A stretch of 16,465 nt of DNA from Nitrospirota bacterium (GCA_040754455.1 JBFMCP010000048.1:1-16465), one strand, 5' to 3'. Positions 7,341-15,459 are shown, numbered from the stretch's first letter. Made by a program: numbers and translations. The notes: generated by a model not told the origin, from the sequence alone.

Positions 7341-8773
7341 GTCCCGTCGCTCGCCGGAACCGGCTTCTTGCCGTTGTTCCGTTTTGAAAGGGGAGAGCGC
7401 TTCTTCATCCTCTCGATAACCGCTGCTGCCGCCTGCATTCCGGACTCGAGTGCGTGATCCATGTTGTAATACCTGAACATGCCGACTCTGCCGGCAAGGT
7501 GGAGGTTGTCGAACCGCTTGAGATAATCATAGAGCGACTGGGACAGCTCTGCATAGCCGACCTCGAAGAGGGGGTAGGCTTTCGGCACACGCACCACGAC
7601 ACTGCCGATCACTTCACTGTTTTTGATGAAACCAAGCTGTTCGAGATTGCGTACGGTAATCTCGGTAAGCCGCTCGTCCGTTTCGTTCCATACGGCATCG
7701 CCCATGAAACTGAAGAATTCCATGACGAGGAGCGTTTTCCCCTTGGGCGCCATTTCCTCGCTCCAGTTGGTCGGCTCATGAATTCTGCCGAAGGGGATCT
7801 TCTGCTCGGGGATGTAAATCCATGTCTGGTCGGTCACCCGCTCCCGGTTGAGCATGATCGCCACGACCACGAGGTCCCTGAATTTAAGACGCGCTGCAGC
7901 ATCAAGAATATTCCGGGGAGGGACGGGGTTCAGTATCTGCACAAGTTTCGGCAGCGGCATGCTCGAGATGAAGTCATCACCCTTCACCGTATACGTGTGT
8001 GTTCCCTCGCGCACTTCGATGCTTTCGATGCATGAGCCGGAATAGTTGAGGCGCTCGACACTGGTGCTGGTGTGCACAGCATTTTCCCGTTCTATCTCTT
8101 CCTTGAGCCGCTCTGAGATACGCCCGATGCCCAGTTTGGAATAGACGAACCGGTCGACGAGGGAGGGAATATCTTTTCCGCTGAATTTGAAGAAGGCGTT
8201 TTTGATGGCCCTGGTGAGCGAGAGACCGCGGATGCGCTGGGCGACCCAATCGACGCTGATCCTGTCGCAGGGGATGCCCCATACCTTTTCGCTATATTCT
8301 TTGAAATAGATGTTGAACATGGTACGCCCGAAATGGCTGACCACCCAATCTTCGAGAGAAACCTGGGCCGACTCCTTGAACGTCGCGACGATCCGCTCGC
8401 GCCAGTAATCGGCGATGATGCGTATGGTCGTCGGGATGCCGAGGCCGAACGCGGCATTCATCGGCTTGAGAGGATAGTCGAAATATTTATTCCTCATGAA
8501 GATTTTGCTCTTGCGGGGGACAGAGATCAACTCTCCGTCCATCACGTCACGGACAAAGCGGTCGATGGTTTCATTTTTGGTAAAGAACCGGTGACCGCCC
8601 AGATCGAAGCGGAACCCGTCATGGACGACGGTCTTCGAGAGACCACCGACCTCGGCATCGCGCTCAAAAAGGGTAACACTGCATCCGGCCTTCGTCAAGA
8701 CGTATCCCGCCGAGAGTCCGGTAAGGCCCCCGCCGAGGATGACGGTCGTATTTTTTTTGTGCAGATGCTGCAT
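7325..8773 (-). CDS. FAD-dependent oxidoreductase (protoporphyrinogen oxidase-like / UDP-galactopyranose mutase-like)
   Basis: GGGLTG dinucleotide fold, ERDAEVGGL, DLGGHRFF, YSEKVWG and C-terminal GRVGMFRYYNMDH. Confidence 0.88.
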   Translation of the reverse strand: MQHLHKKNTTVILGGGLTGLSAGYVLTKAGCSVTLFERDAEVGGLSKTVVHDGFRFDLGGHRFFTKNETIDRFVRDVMDGELISVPRKSKIFMRNKYFDYPLKPMNAAFGLGIPTTIRIIADYWRERIVATFKESAQVSLEDWVVSHFGRTMFNIYFKEYSEKVWGIPCDRISVDWVAQRIRGLSLTRAIKNAFFKFSGKDIPSLVDRFVYSKLGIGRISERLKEEIERENAVHTSTSVERLNYSGSCIESIEVREGTHTYTVKGDDFISSMPLPKLVQILNPVPPRNILDAAARLKFRDLVVVAIMLNRERVTDQTWIYIPEQKIPFGRIHEPTNWSEEMAPKGKTLLVMEFFSFMGDAVWNETDERLTEITVRNLEQLGFIKNSEVIGSVVVRVPKAYPLFEVGYAELSQSLYDYLKRFDNLHLAGRVGMFRYYNMDHALESGMQAAAAVIERMKKRSPLSKRNNGKKPVPASDGTCAAH

Positions 8774-8887
8774 TCAGGATTACATCGGAGTGACAGGAAA
8801 CATAATGTTGAGCGGTCTCAACAGAATCACTCTACTCCTTACTGTAGTAGTTTAACGATTTGCGCTGCGTTTTTTCCATATCCGATG

Positions 8888-8946
8888 ACAAAAATAACCC
8901 GGGGTTTGCATGATGCAGCTGCTCCCCCGGGTTGTTTTGTTTTTAT
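8888..8946 (-). terminator. Intrinsic terminator after the YeeE/YedE gene
   Basis: Minus strand AAAACAACCCGGGG ... CCCCGGGTTATTTTT. The long stem has T-tracts on both strands. Confidence 0.7.
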
Positions 8947-8958
8947 TTGTCCTTAACG

Positions 8959-10035
8959 CTAATCTTTCATCGGCTTGATGAACCTGAAATAGACCATGGT
9001 CCAGTTGCCGAGGATCATGGCGATTAAAGCACTGATGCTACCGATGGAGAGCGTCGAGACACCCGTCAGCCCTTGACCTATGTTACAGCCGCCAGCAACC
9101 GTTGCGCTGAAGCCCATCAGCAGACCGCCCAGCATAACCGTGAGCAGTTCACTCGCAGAGGGTAGCTTCCATGAAAACTCTTTCAAGACTTTAGCGCTGA
9201 TGAACGCGCCGAGCGGCACACCGACGATAAAAAATTCCGCCCATGTTACCGTAAACGGCCCTATGCCAAGCATCGGGAAGAATTTCGATTTCGCATCGCC
9301 TGTGGTCAGGGTATAGAGCAATTCTCCCGTGGGGGTTGTGAAGTTCATTCCCCGTGCAAAGCCGCCGCCCCAGTACTGGGAGGCCCAGAAGGTGAGCACG
9401 CCGGCAAGACCGAGCAGTAAGCCGGTGACCGACCAGTAGAACCCTTTCTGCTTGCCGAGCGTGAAGGGCTTGTCTTTGAGTGTCACAAGGAAGAGGAGAA
9501 CGGCAATAACGGCAATGACGATCCATTTAACCGTGAGGGTTTCTCCGAAAAGCTCCCACAACGCTGCGTTCGGTTTCCCTGCAATCTCGAATTTGACGCT
9601 TCTCAGAGCTGCGTTGATCGGACTCAATACGCCGTAATTGGTCGCCCCGATACCGATGGCAAACGAGGTCGCGCCGATAATTGCTGCGAGCTGTCCTTCG
9701 CCGCCCTTATACCATATACCGCTTCCGCATCCACTCGCCAGCACCATGCCAAGTCCGAAGAGATAGCCGCCGATGATATTGGCAAGGGGGAAAAACGTCT
9801 GTGCCTTTAATTCCATGAACCCGAGATCATTGAGGAGATTGGACCCGACAATCATGACTGCCATGGCGATCAGAAAACCGCGAAACAGGGTATAGTCCTG
9901 AATGAATATGGTGTCTCTGAAGGCAGAATTCATGCAGAACCTGCCGCGCTGCAAAATCAGGCCCACCAGGCCTCCGCAAATCAACCCGGAGAGCACGAAT
10001 CCCAGGGTTACGCTCTCTACTACGGTCTCTTCCAT
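8959..10035 (-). CDS. YeeE/YedE family (TsuA-like) sulfur-oxyanion/thiosulfate transporter
   Basis: LQRGRFC, GMVLASGCGSG and VAGGCNIG carry the three conserved Cys of the family. About 9 TM segments. SD GGAGGGAGAGG. Confidence 0.92.
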   Translation of the reverse strand: MEETVVESVTLGFVLSGLICGGLVGLILQRGRFCMNSAFRDTIFIQDYTLFRGFLIAMAVMIVGSNLLNDLGFMELKAQTFFPLANIIGGYLFGLGMVLASGCGSGIWYKGGEGQLAAIIGATSFAIGIGATNYGVLSPINAALRSVKFEIAGKPNAALWELFGETLTVKWIVIAVIAVLLFLVTLKDKPFTLGKQKGFYWSVTGLLLGLAGVLTFWASQYWGGGFARGMNFTTPTGELLYTLTTGDAKSKFFPMLGIGPFTVTWAEFFIVGVPLGAFISAKVLKEFSWKLPSASELLTVMLGGLLMGFSATVAGGCNIGQGLTGVSTLSIGSISALIAMILGNWTMVYFRFIKPMKD

Positions 10036-10092
10036 ACCTCTCCCTCCAGATAAAAAGTTTTTTTGTGAATAAAATTTCTGACTTTAAAGTCT

Positions 10093-10122
10093 AGTATAGA
10101 GTGAGTACTTTTGATTTGTCAA
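10093..10122 (-). promoter_or_regulatory. sigma-70 promoter of the yeeE-like gene
   Basis: Minus strand TTGACA, 18-nt spacer, TATACT, about 58 nt upstream of the start. Confidence 0.65.
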
Positions 10123-10159
10123 CGACTTACGATAAGGGTTGATTATACGTAAATAAGAG

Positions 10160-11839
10160 CTATTTATAGACGGTAACAACGGTCTGGTGACGGTAAATAT
10201 TATCAACAATGTCGAACACTTTTTTATCCCTCCCCCCTTTTATTCGTTGAGCAATCTCAGACGGGAATTCAGCATCGGGCTTATCGGAGATTATAACGAC
10301 AGCTGAACCGTTGTGTAGCTGCGCTTCGTAATAAGCGGGATTTCTGTACTCCCAGGTAAAGCGGAGTGCCGAGGTTGCGAGATCATCAGCGGGGAGCGAG
10401 TAATCGGCGTGATCATGGTAATGAATGTTCTTTTTTGTAAAGAGATCAAGCAGGGGGACATTCACTGCCGGATTGAGCACCGGGTCATGAGGGAGCAGCG
10501 TGAAAACCTCTATATCTTTATCCTCAAGGGTATTCAGGTATGCCCCGGCGTTTTTCAAATTCATGGTGCTCAGGTGTCGAAGATAGGGCAGATAACCGAA
10601 CAGCGCTACTACTAATGAAGCGGCAACAATACTGAGCGTGATAAATCTCCTTACCGCCTCGTTTCTGATGACCACAAGTCCGTAGGAAGCCATCAGCCCG
10701 AGCATCGGGAACACCATGATAATGTAGCGTATCCTCCTTATTTGGAGCACTACTACAAGCAAGAGCAGCCACCCGGCAATGATAATCCTGGGGTCTCTCC
10801 TTTTCAGGGCAACGAAAAGAGAGCATACTGCTGCAATGGTGATGAATGGATGGATCTGGAAAAGGAAGGTCGAGATGTGGCTCTCGCCCCACCGCTTGAG
10901 GCCGGGTTTCTGGTACGCCAGAAGAAGTCTGAGCTGATCAGTGAAAACTTCGTGCTTCAGGAGCACCAGCGCACTGATGGGGAGCGCGGCAATAAGCGTG
11001 ACCAGACCCAATCGGGAAAGGTATTCTGAGGGAGCGACGCCGTGATGTTTCGTTGCCATCAAGACGATTGCGGCAATCGCCGGCAGCGAGAGCATGGGCC
11101 AGGTGGAGTATTTGGAGAAAAAGGCGCAGAAGAGCGCGATCGATGCAAAGGGAATCCACGCTCCACCCTTTTCGAGCGCCTTGAGAAAGGTGAAAACGGC
11201 GAGGGTGAAGCATGCCATGGTGAGCACATCGACGAGCATGAGCGGCACCTGGGTATAGAGATAGGGAACGCCGAGGAGCAGCATGCCTCCAAGGAATCCG
11301 ACCTCTCTGTCCCAGAGATCCCTCCCTATCAGATAGGTCAGCACCACAGTGAGGGAAAAGAGAGCCGTGGTGAAGAGCTGAATGAGCACCCTTGTCTCCC
11401 CGAAGTATCTGAAGATAAGACCGTAAAGGAAAGGCGCCAGCGGCATATCGGTCCATGGCGCTATCCCTCGTCCCCATTCACCGAAAAAATGGTCGATGCC
11501 GTAGAGCTCGAGGTATTTTGCCTGTGTGAAATAGCGTGCGGCATCCACAATCACTTCGGGCTCGCTCCAGAAGGGAACTGCGGCGGCAAAGGAGAGCATA
11601 CAGAGGAAGAGGGCGGGTCTTGTTGCCCAGAGGTAGGTCTTCGAGAGCAGGTATGCAATGGCGATCCCGAGACAGAGCGGTACGATGAGACGGGTAACGC
11701 TCACGGTATCGAAGACCCACTCCCAGCTCGTCAGGCGATTGTCGTCATAAGTGCGGAAGGTATAAAGAGTAAAAAAAGCGGCGAGCACCGAGAATGAGGT
11801 GATCAATGCGTGAGTGATCTTCAGATTATGCTGCTGCAT
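10160..11839 (-). CDS. GT-C fold membrane glycosyltransferase (ArnT/PMT, GT39/83-like)
   Basis: About 12 TM helices, first-loop VDAARYF, TDMPLAPFLYG, FFSKYS, RIRYIIMVFPML and a soluble C-terminal domain. Confidence 0.82.
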   Translation of the reverse strand: MQQHNLKITHALITSFSVLAAFFTLYTFRTYDDNRLTSWEWVFDTVSVTRLIVPLCLGIAIAYLLSKTYLWATRPALFLCMLSFAAAVPFWSEPEVIVDAARYFTQAKYLELYGIDHFFGEWGRGIAPWTDMPLAPFLYGLIFRYFGETRVLIQLFTTALFSLTVVLTYLIGRDLWDREVGFLGGMLLLGVPYLYTQVPLMLVDVLTMACFTLAVFTFLKALEKGGAWIPFASIALFCAFFSKYSTWPMLSLPAIAAIVLMATKHHGVAPSEYLSRLGLVTLIAALPISALVLLKHEVFTDQLRLLLAYQKPGLKRWGESHISTFLFQIHPFITIAAVCSLFVALKRRDPRIIIAGWLLLLVVVLQIRRIRYIIMVFPMLGLMASYGLVVIRNEAVRRFITLSIVAASLVVALFGYLPYLRHLSTMNLKNAGAYLNTLEDKDIEVFTLLPHDPVLNPAVNVPLLDLFTKKNIHYHDHADYSLPADDLATSALRFTWEYRNPAYYEAQLHNGSAVVIISDKPDAEFPSEIAQRIKGGRDKKVFDIVDNIYRHQTVVTVYK

Positions 11840-11861
11840 GGCTGAAAAGGGATGAAAGAGT

Positions 11862-12032
11862 TCACCAGGAGATTACCCTGTCACAGGAAAAGACGGCATC
11901 CACAATGTCCTCATAGGAGATCGTACGGCCGGGGAGATCGATCACGTTGATCTCGTGGTCTTCCGATTGCACCCTGATGATCCTTTCGGATAATTCAGTG
12001 GGGCCGTCTCTGCGTATATGAAGTATTTTCAC
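11862..12032 (-). CDS. Small (56 aa) DsrH-like/DsrE-associated protein
   Basis: GTG start at 12032 after GAGG gives MKILHIRRDGPTEL...YEDIVDAVFSCDRVISW. The C-terminus resembles the 'D.VI.W' ends of DsrE/F/H-fold proteins. Starts 10 nt after the dsrE-like stop. Confidence 0.7.
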   Translation of the reverse strand: MKILHIRRDGPTELSERIIRVQSEDHEINVIDLPGRTISYEDIVDAVFSCDRVISW

Positions 12033-12042
12033 TCGCGTACCT

Positions 12043-12345
12043 CTAAAGCACGATGACCCGGTCGGCATCATGTACCATCACTGCATTGTTGTATTGACTG
12101 CCGCAGACAATCTCCGGTGGGATCCCCTCTCTGGCGATGTCGAGGCCTCGCGCATTATAGTCGCAAAAACTCATGGAAACGCCTTTCAAACGGCAGAGCC
12201 CGACAACCGCGGGGTCACCGAGGAGTCTCGTGCCGCTGTCCATGGCAAAGATGATGACCTCATGCCCCCTGGCGAGTGCCGCTCTGGCTATGCCCACGGC
12301 ATCGGCAGCATGCCGGTCGGTGTTGATGAGAATGCCGAGTTTCAT
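12043..12345 (-). CDS. DsrE/DsrF-like sulfur relay protein
   Basis: MKLGILI, GHEVIIFAMDSG, SFC (putative persulfide-carrying Cys) and ADRVIVL. Confidence 0.85.
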   Translation of the reverse strand: MKLGILINTDRHAADAVGIARAALARGHEVIIFAMDSGTRLLGDPAVVGLCRLKGVSMSFCDYNARGLDIAREGIPPEIVCGSQYNNAVMVHDADRVIVL

Positions 12346-12494
12346 GATCTTTGTTAATTTTTGATCATAGGCAGGAAAATGTCAATGGATACCCCATGAC
12401 GGATTTTCCCAAATAAGGAGATGAAATCCCTGCAATGGAAATATGTATTGTCTCTGAAAAGAAAAATGGTGTAAAATTATCGTTAGTTATCGTT

Positions 12495-12510
12495 TGGCAT
12501 GCTCGTTGCT
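12495..12510 (+). promoter_or_regulatory. sigma-54 (-24/-12) promoter
   Basis: TGGCATGCTCGTTGCT (GG-N10-GC), about 35 nt upstream of ATG 12546. Confidence 0.8.
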
Positions 12511-12545
12511 TATCACTATATGTGTAAAGAAAGGAGGTGAAAGGA

Positions 12546-12794
12546 ATGAAGCTGAAATCCATTCTCGCATTATTAGTTGCTATCGTCTTTACCCTCGGTG
12601 TTGTTGGCCTCGTCTTCGCAGCTGATGTGAAGGGCAAGGTTGCCAAAATCGAAGGCAACAAAGTAACCGTCAAGACAGCAGACGGCAAAGAGACTACCGT
12701 CGAGGTGAAGAACCCGAAGGATGCAAAAGTCGGACAGGATGTAGAGATCAAAGGCAACAAGGTACAGAAGAAAGCAGCAAGCGGCGGCTACTAA
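12546..12794 (+). CDS. Small Lys/Val-rich exported protein, predicted OB-fold-like beta barrel
   Basis: SD AAGGAGGTG before ATG 12546 and a signal peptide ending VFA. Mature part DVKGKVAKIEGNKVTVKT...KVGQDVEIKG resembles CusF/DUF5666-type small beta domains. Confidence 0.8.
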   Translation: MKLKSILALLVAIVFTLGVVGLVFAADVKGKVAKIEGNKVTVKTADGKETTVEVKNPKDAKVGQDVEIKGNKVQKKAASGGY

Positions 12795-12817
12795 TAATAA
12801 TAGGATAATGTCAATTG

Positions 12818-12853
12818 AAAAAGGGTGAGGTTGCACAGCCTCACCCTTTTTTT
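12818..12853 (+). terminator. Intrinsic terminator
   Basis: AAAAAGGGTGAGGTT-GCAC-AGCCTCACCCTTTTTTT. Confidence 0.9.
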
Positions 12854-12926
12854 CCGGTCAGGGCTGGTCTAAAGTGCCTCCTTTGCGTATGTTCTGAATT
12901 GGTTCAGCTATAATAATGAGGGCGCA

Positions 12927-13685
12927 ATGAAGAACTGGAAAGATAATATTTTCTTTGTCCTTATCGAGCCGCGCGAGCCCGGCAACGTCGGCGCGTCGGC
13001 GCGGGCGATCAAGAACATGGGGTTCAAGCGCCTCTGTCTCGTCAATCCCGCTCCGCTCACCGATGAGGCGAAGTGGTTTGCGCACAATGCAGAGGATGTT
13101 CTGGAAAACGCCGGGATCTACTCCTCGCTCAGCGAGGCGATTGCCGACAAGTCCCTTGTCGTGGCTGTGGCGCGACGGACGGGAAAGCGGCGGGGCATGA
13201 TTTACCCTCTCGAGCAAGGTGTGCCGCAGCTGCACAAAATCGCCTGCGATAACAAGGTCGCGCTCCTCTTCGGGAGAGAGGACAGAGGGCTCTACAATGA
13301 AGAAGTCAATGAATGCGGAATGCTGCTTACCATTCCATCGAGCAGAGAGCACCCTTCGTTAAACCTCTCGCATGCCATCATCGTTGTTGCCTATGAGCTC
13401 TCAAGAGCGGAATACAGGGAAGTGCATGAACGCGAGAAAGAGCGCAAGCAAAAGACGCGGAAAAGAGAGTACCGTGTCACCTATGATGAACTGACCTCCC
13501 TCTATGAACGTATGACCGGGGCGCTCATCCTTCTCGATTACATCCCGCGGGGAGACCGCAACCTTCACAAGCATATCATGCAGAACCTCAAACACCTCAT
13601 CGGCCGTGTCGGCCTTACCGACTGGGAATTGAAAATGCTCCACGGCATCTGTACCCAGATCGAGAGAAAGCTCGGTGAAAAATGA
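12927..13685 (+). CDS. trmJ: tRNA (cytidine/uridine-2'-O)-methyltransferase TrmJ/LasT (SPOUT family)
   Basis: VLIEPREPGNVGASARAIKNMG, ALLFGREDRGL, PSLNLSHA and C-terminal ELKMLHGI. Confidence 0.88.
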   Translation: MKNWKDNIFFVLIEPREPGNVGASARAIKNMGFKRLCLVNPAPLTDEAKWFAHNAEDVLENAGIYSSLSEAIADKSLVVAVARRTGKRRGMIYPLEQGVPQLHKIACDNKVALLFGREDRGLYNEEVNECGMLLTIPSSREHPSLNLSHAIIVVAYELSRAEYREVHEREKERKQKTRKREYRVTYDELTSLYERMTGALILLDYIPRGDRNLHKHIMQNLKHLIGRVGLTDWELKMLHGICTQIERKLGEK

Positions 13686-13715
13686 AAAAGCCCCGCTCAC
13701 ACGGCGGGGCTTTTT
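13685..13715. terminator. Bidirectional intrinsic terminator between convergent genes
   Basis: AAAAAGCCCCGC-loop-GCGGGGCTTTTT. Confidence 0.9.
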
Positions 13716-13742
13716 GTGCCGCAATAAGCTTGCAGGAAGATA

Positions 13743-15299
13743 CTACAATCTCAGACCTCTTTCAGGCCTGGAGAAGTTATGACACTTCGAACAGTCGTAT
13801 CTCTTGTCTCTCACATGCTTGTCGTGAATGCTGGTGAAACGGCTGTAGCTGCCATCATAAGACTTAAGGCTGTGGCAGTCATTGCAGAGGTCCGAGGTCG
13901 GCTTCTTTGTGGTATACCCCAGGCTCTTGAGGTTCATCTGGGTAGCTGTCGCTGACACGTGGCAATTCGTGCAGCTCAGCACTTGACTGTCGTCCATTAC
14001 TTCATGGGTGATGAGCTGATAGGTGTCGTCCTCGACCCAGACATAGGGCTCTGTGGCGCTGTAGCCCATCAGGGTTAGGGAGGACGTGATGGAATCATCC
14101 ACGCCGGTTGCTACCGAGCCGGCCGTGCCGAAGTACACTTTCGTGTTGATCGGGATCAGGATGCCCAAATTGGTAGCATACGGTCTGTAGGTAGTTTTGT
14201 ACTTGAAGGGAAAGAGTTTGCTTCCTGTACCGTTGATGTCACCAATAGGCCTGGAGGTCGGATACCTGCCCGTTGCGGGATCGATTGCTGCAGGGTCTTT
14301 GATACTGTAGCCCCAGCTTGTTCCGTTCCAGAACTTGTAGACGGGCTTCAGATTATTCGCCATCGTAACGGTAGGCTCCCAGCGGTTGTTCGCTGTATGC
14401 CACTCGGGGTGGCTCCAATCTCTCCTGATCTCGGTCGCCTCAGTTGCTGCCGTATCAGCTGCATTCCTTGCATAGGTCTTGATGTGGCACACCTGACAGG
14501 CGACTCTTGCTACGTGTCTGCCGATAGCCGTGGTGGAGTGCCCGGTAGTGGTGCTCTTGCTGCTGTGGCAGGTGGAGGTGGAGCAGGTTACCTTTACATC
14601 CAGGTCGGTCTGCCGTAAATCAGAGCCCCTACCTGCTATTTTGTGCTGCTGTACTTTATGGCAGGTCTGGCAGGTGAAATTTTTGCCCGTGGTGGCCATG
14701 TGTACGTCAAAGTTCTTATCCGAGGTATTCGCATGCGCTACGGCAATGTCGCCTCTTTTATAATTGTCACCACCGCCGCCCTTCGCATGGCATTGGGTGC
14801 AATTGGCCCTTACCGGCTTGTGCACGGTCTGCACTGCCTGGTCCATGGTGATCGTCATGTTGGCGGTATCAGGCACCATAAGGCCGGTAACCGCGTCTTT
14901 CTTTCTCTTATAGTCTTTCTGATGGCAAATCAGACAATCGATATTCTCAAGGTGCTGCTGGGTGGTGAGCGTTGCATCATCAGGTCTCTTGCCGAGCCCG
15001 ACATGACAGAGCGAGCAGCCCCAATTGCCTATAATGTTGCCGCAGTAGCTGTTGACCGAGGTCTTGAGCTTTCCCTGAAGCGGCGCGCCATTGACCATGT
15101 AGAGGGCGGGCCCCTCCCACGTATAGTGGGTGGATGCCATTACTTCGTTTGCCTTATCCGTGTGGCAGCTTAGGCACATGTTGTAGCCGGTCCACGTTAA
15201 ATTGGCGTGTGACGGTGAAGCGTTAGTAACACTTGCGCTGCTCATGAACGCCGCAACGAGCACTGCGGTAAGAAGCGCCACTACTTTTACTGTTTTCAT
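13743..15299 (-). CDS. Periplasmic multiheme cytochrome c, octaheme tetrathionate reductase (OTR)-like, 10 heme sites
   Basis: Signal peptide. Nine CXXCH motifs (CLSCH, CSLCH, CLICH, CTQCH, CQTCH, CQVCH, CTNCH, CNDCH, CSKCH) plus CSTSTCH. OTR-like segments STHYTW, GK…VNSYC, GGGGDNYKRGD, DVHM, HKIAGRG, PVYKFWNG and ITHEV. Confidence 0.88.
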   Translation of the reverse strand: MKTVKVVALLTAVLVAAFMSSASVTNASPSHANLTWTGYNMCLSCHTDKANEVMASTHYTWEGPALYMVNGAPLQGKLKTSVNSYCGNIIGNWGCSLCHVGLGKRPDDATLTTQQHLENIDCLICHQKDYKRKKDAVTGLMVPDTANMTITMDQAVQTVHKPVRANCTQCHAKGGGGDNYKRGDIAVAHANTSDKNFDVHMATTGKNFTCQTCHKVQQHKIAGRGSDLRQTDLDVKVTCSTSTCHSSKSTTTGHSTTAIGRHVARVACQVCHIKTYARNAADTAATEATEIRRDWSHPEWHTANNRWEPTVTMANNLKPVYKFWNGTSWGYSIKDPAAIDPATGRYPTSRPIGDINGTGSKLFPFKYKTTYRPYATNLGILIPINTKVYFGTAGSVATGVDDSITSSLTLMGYSATEPYVWVEDDTYQLITHEVMDDSQVLSCTNCHVSATATQMNLKSLGYTTKKPTSDLCNDCHSLKSYDGSYSRFTSIHDKHVRDKRYDCSKCHNFSRPERGLRL

Positions 15300-15459
15300 C
15301 GAGCCTCCTTCTGTGTTCCGGATTGCTCTGCCCGGACCTGAAACAGCGGTCGACTGGTTCGGTTATTAAGAGCCCCCTCGCCTGCTCGCTCACCTCCTTT
15401 GTGACTCGTTCATCGCCGTTTCAGACAGGTGCAATCCTTATTATCCTGTTGAATTTATA

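Noticed and set aside
7325..8773. Assignment as hemY/hemG or glf
   Set aside because: Only fold-level motifs are visible and there is no heme-synthesis context, so a specific symbol is not supportable.
8959..12345. Selenocysteine recoding in YeeE or DsrE
   Set aside because: All relevant positions are Cys codons and neither ORF is interrupted by TGA.
15360..15413. uORF TGA as selenocysteine
   Set aside because: Readthrough adds only ASRRGGS before TAA, and no convincing SECIS or redox motif is present.
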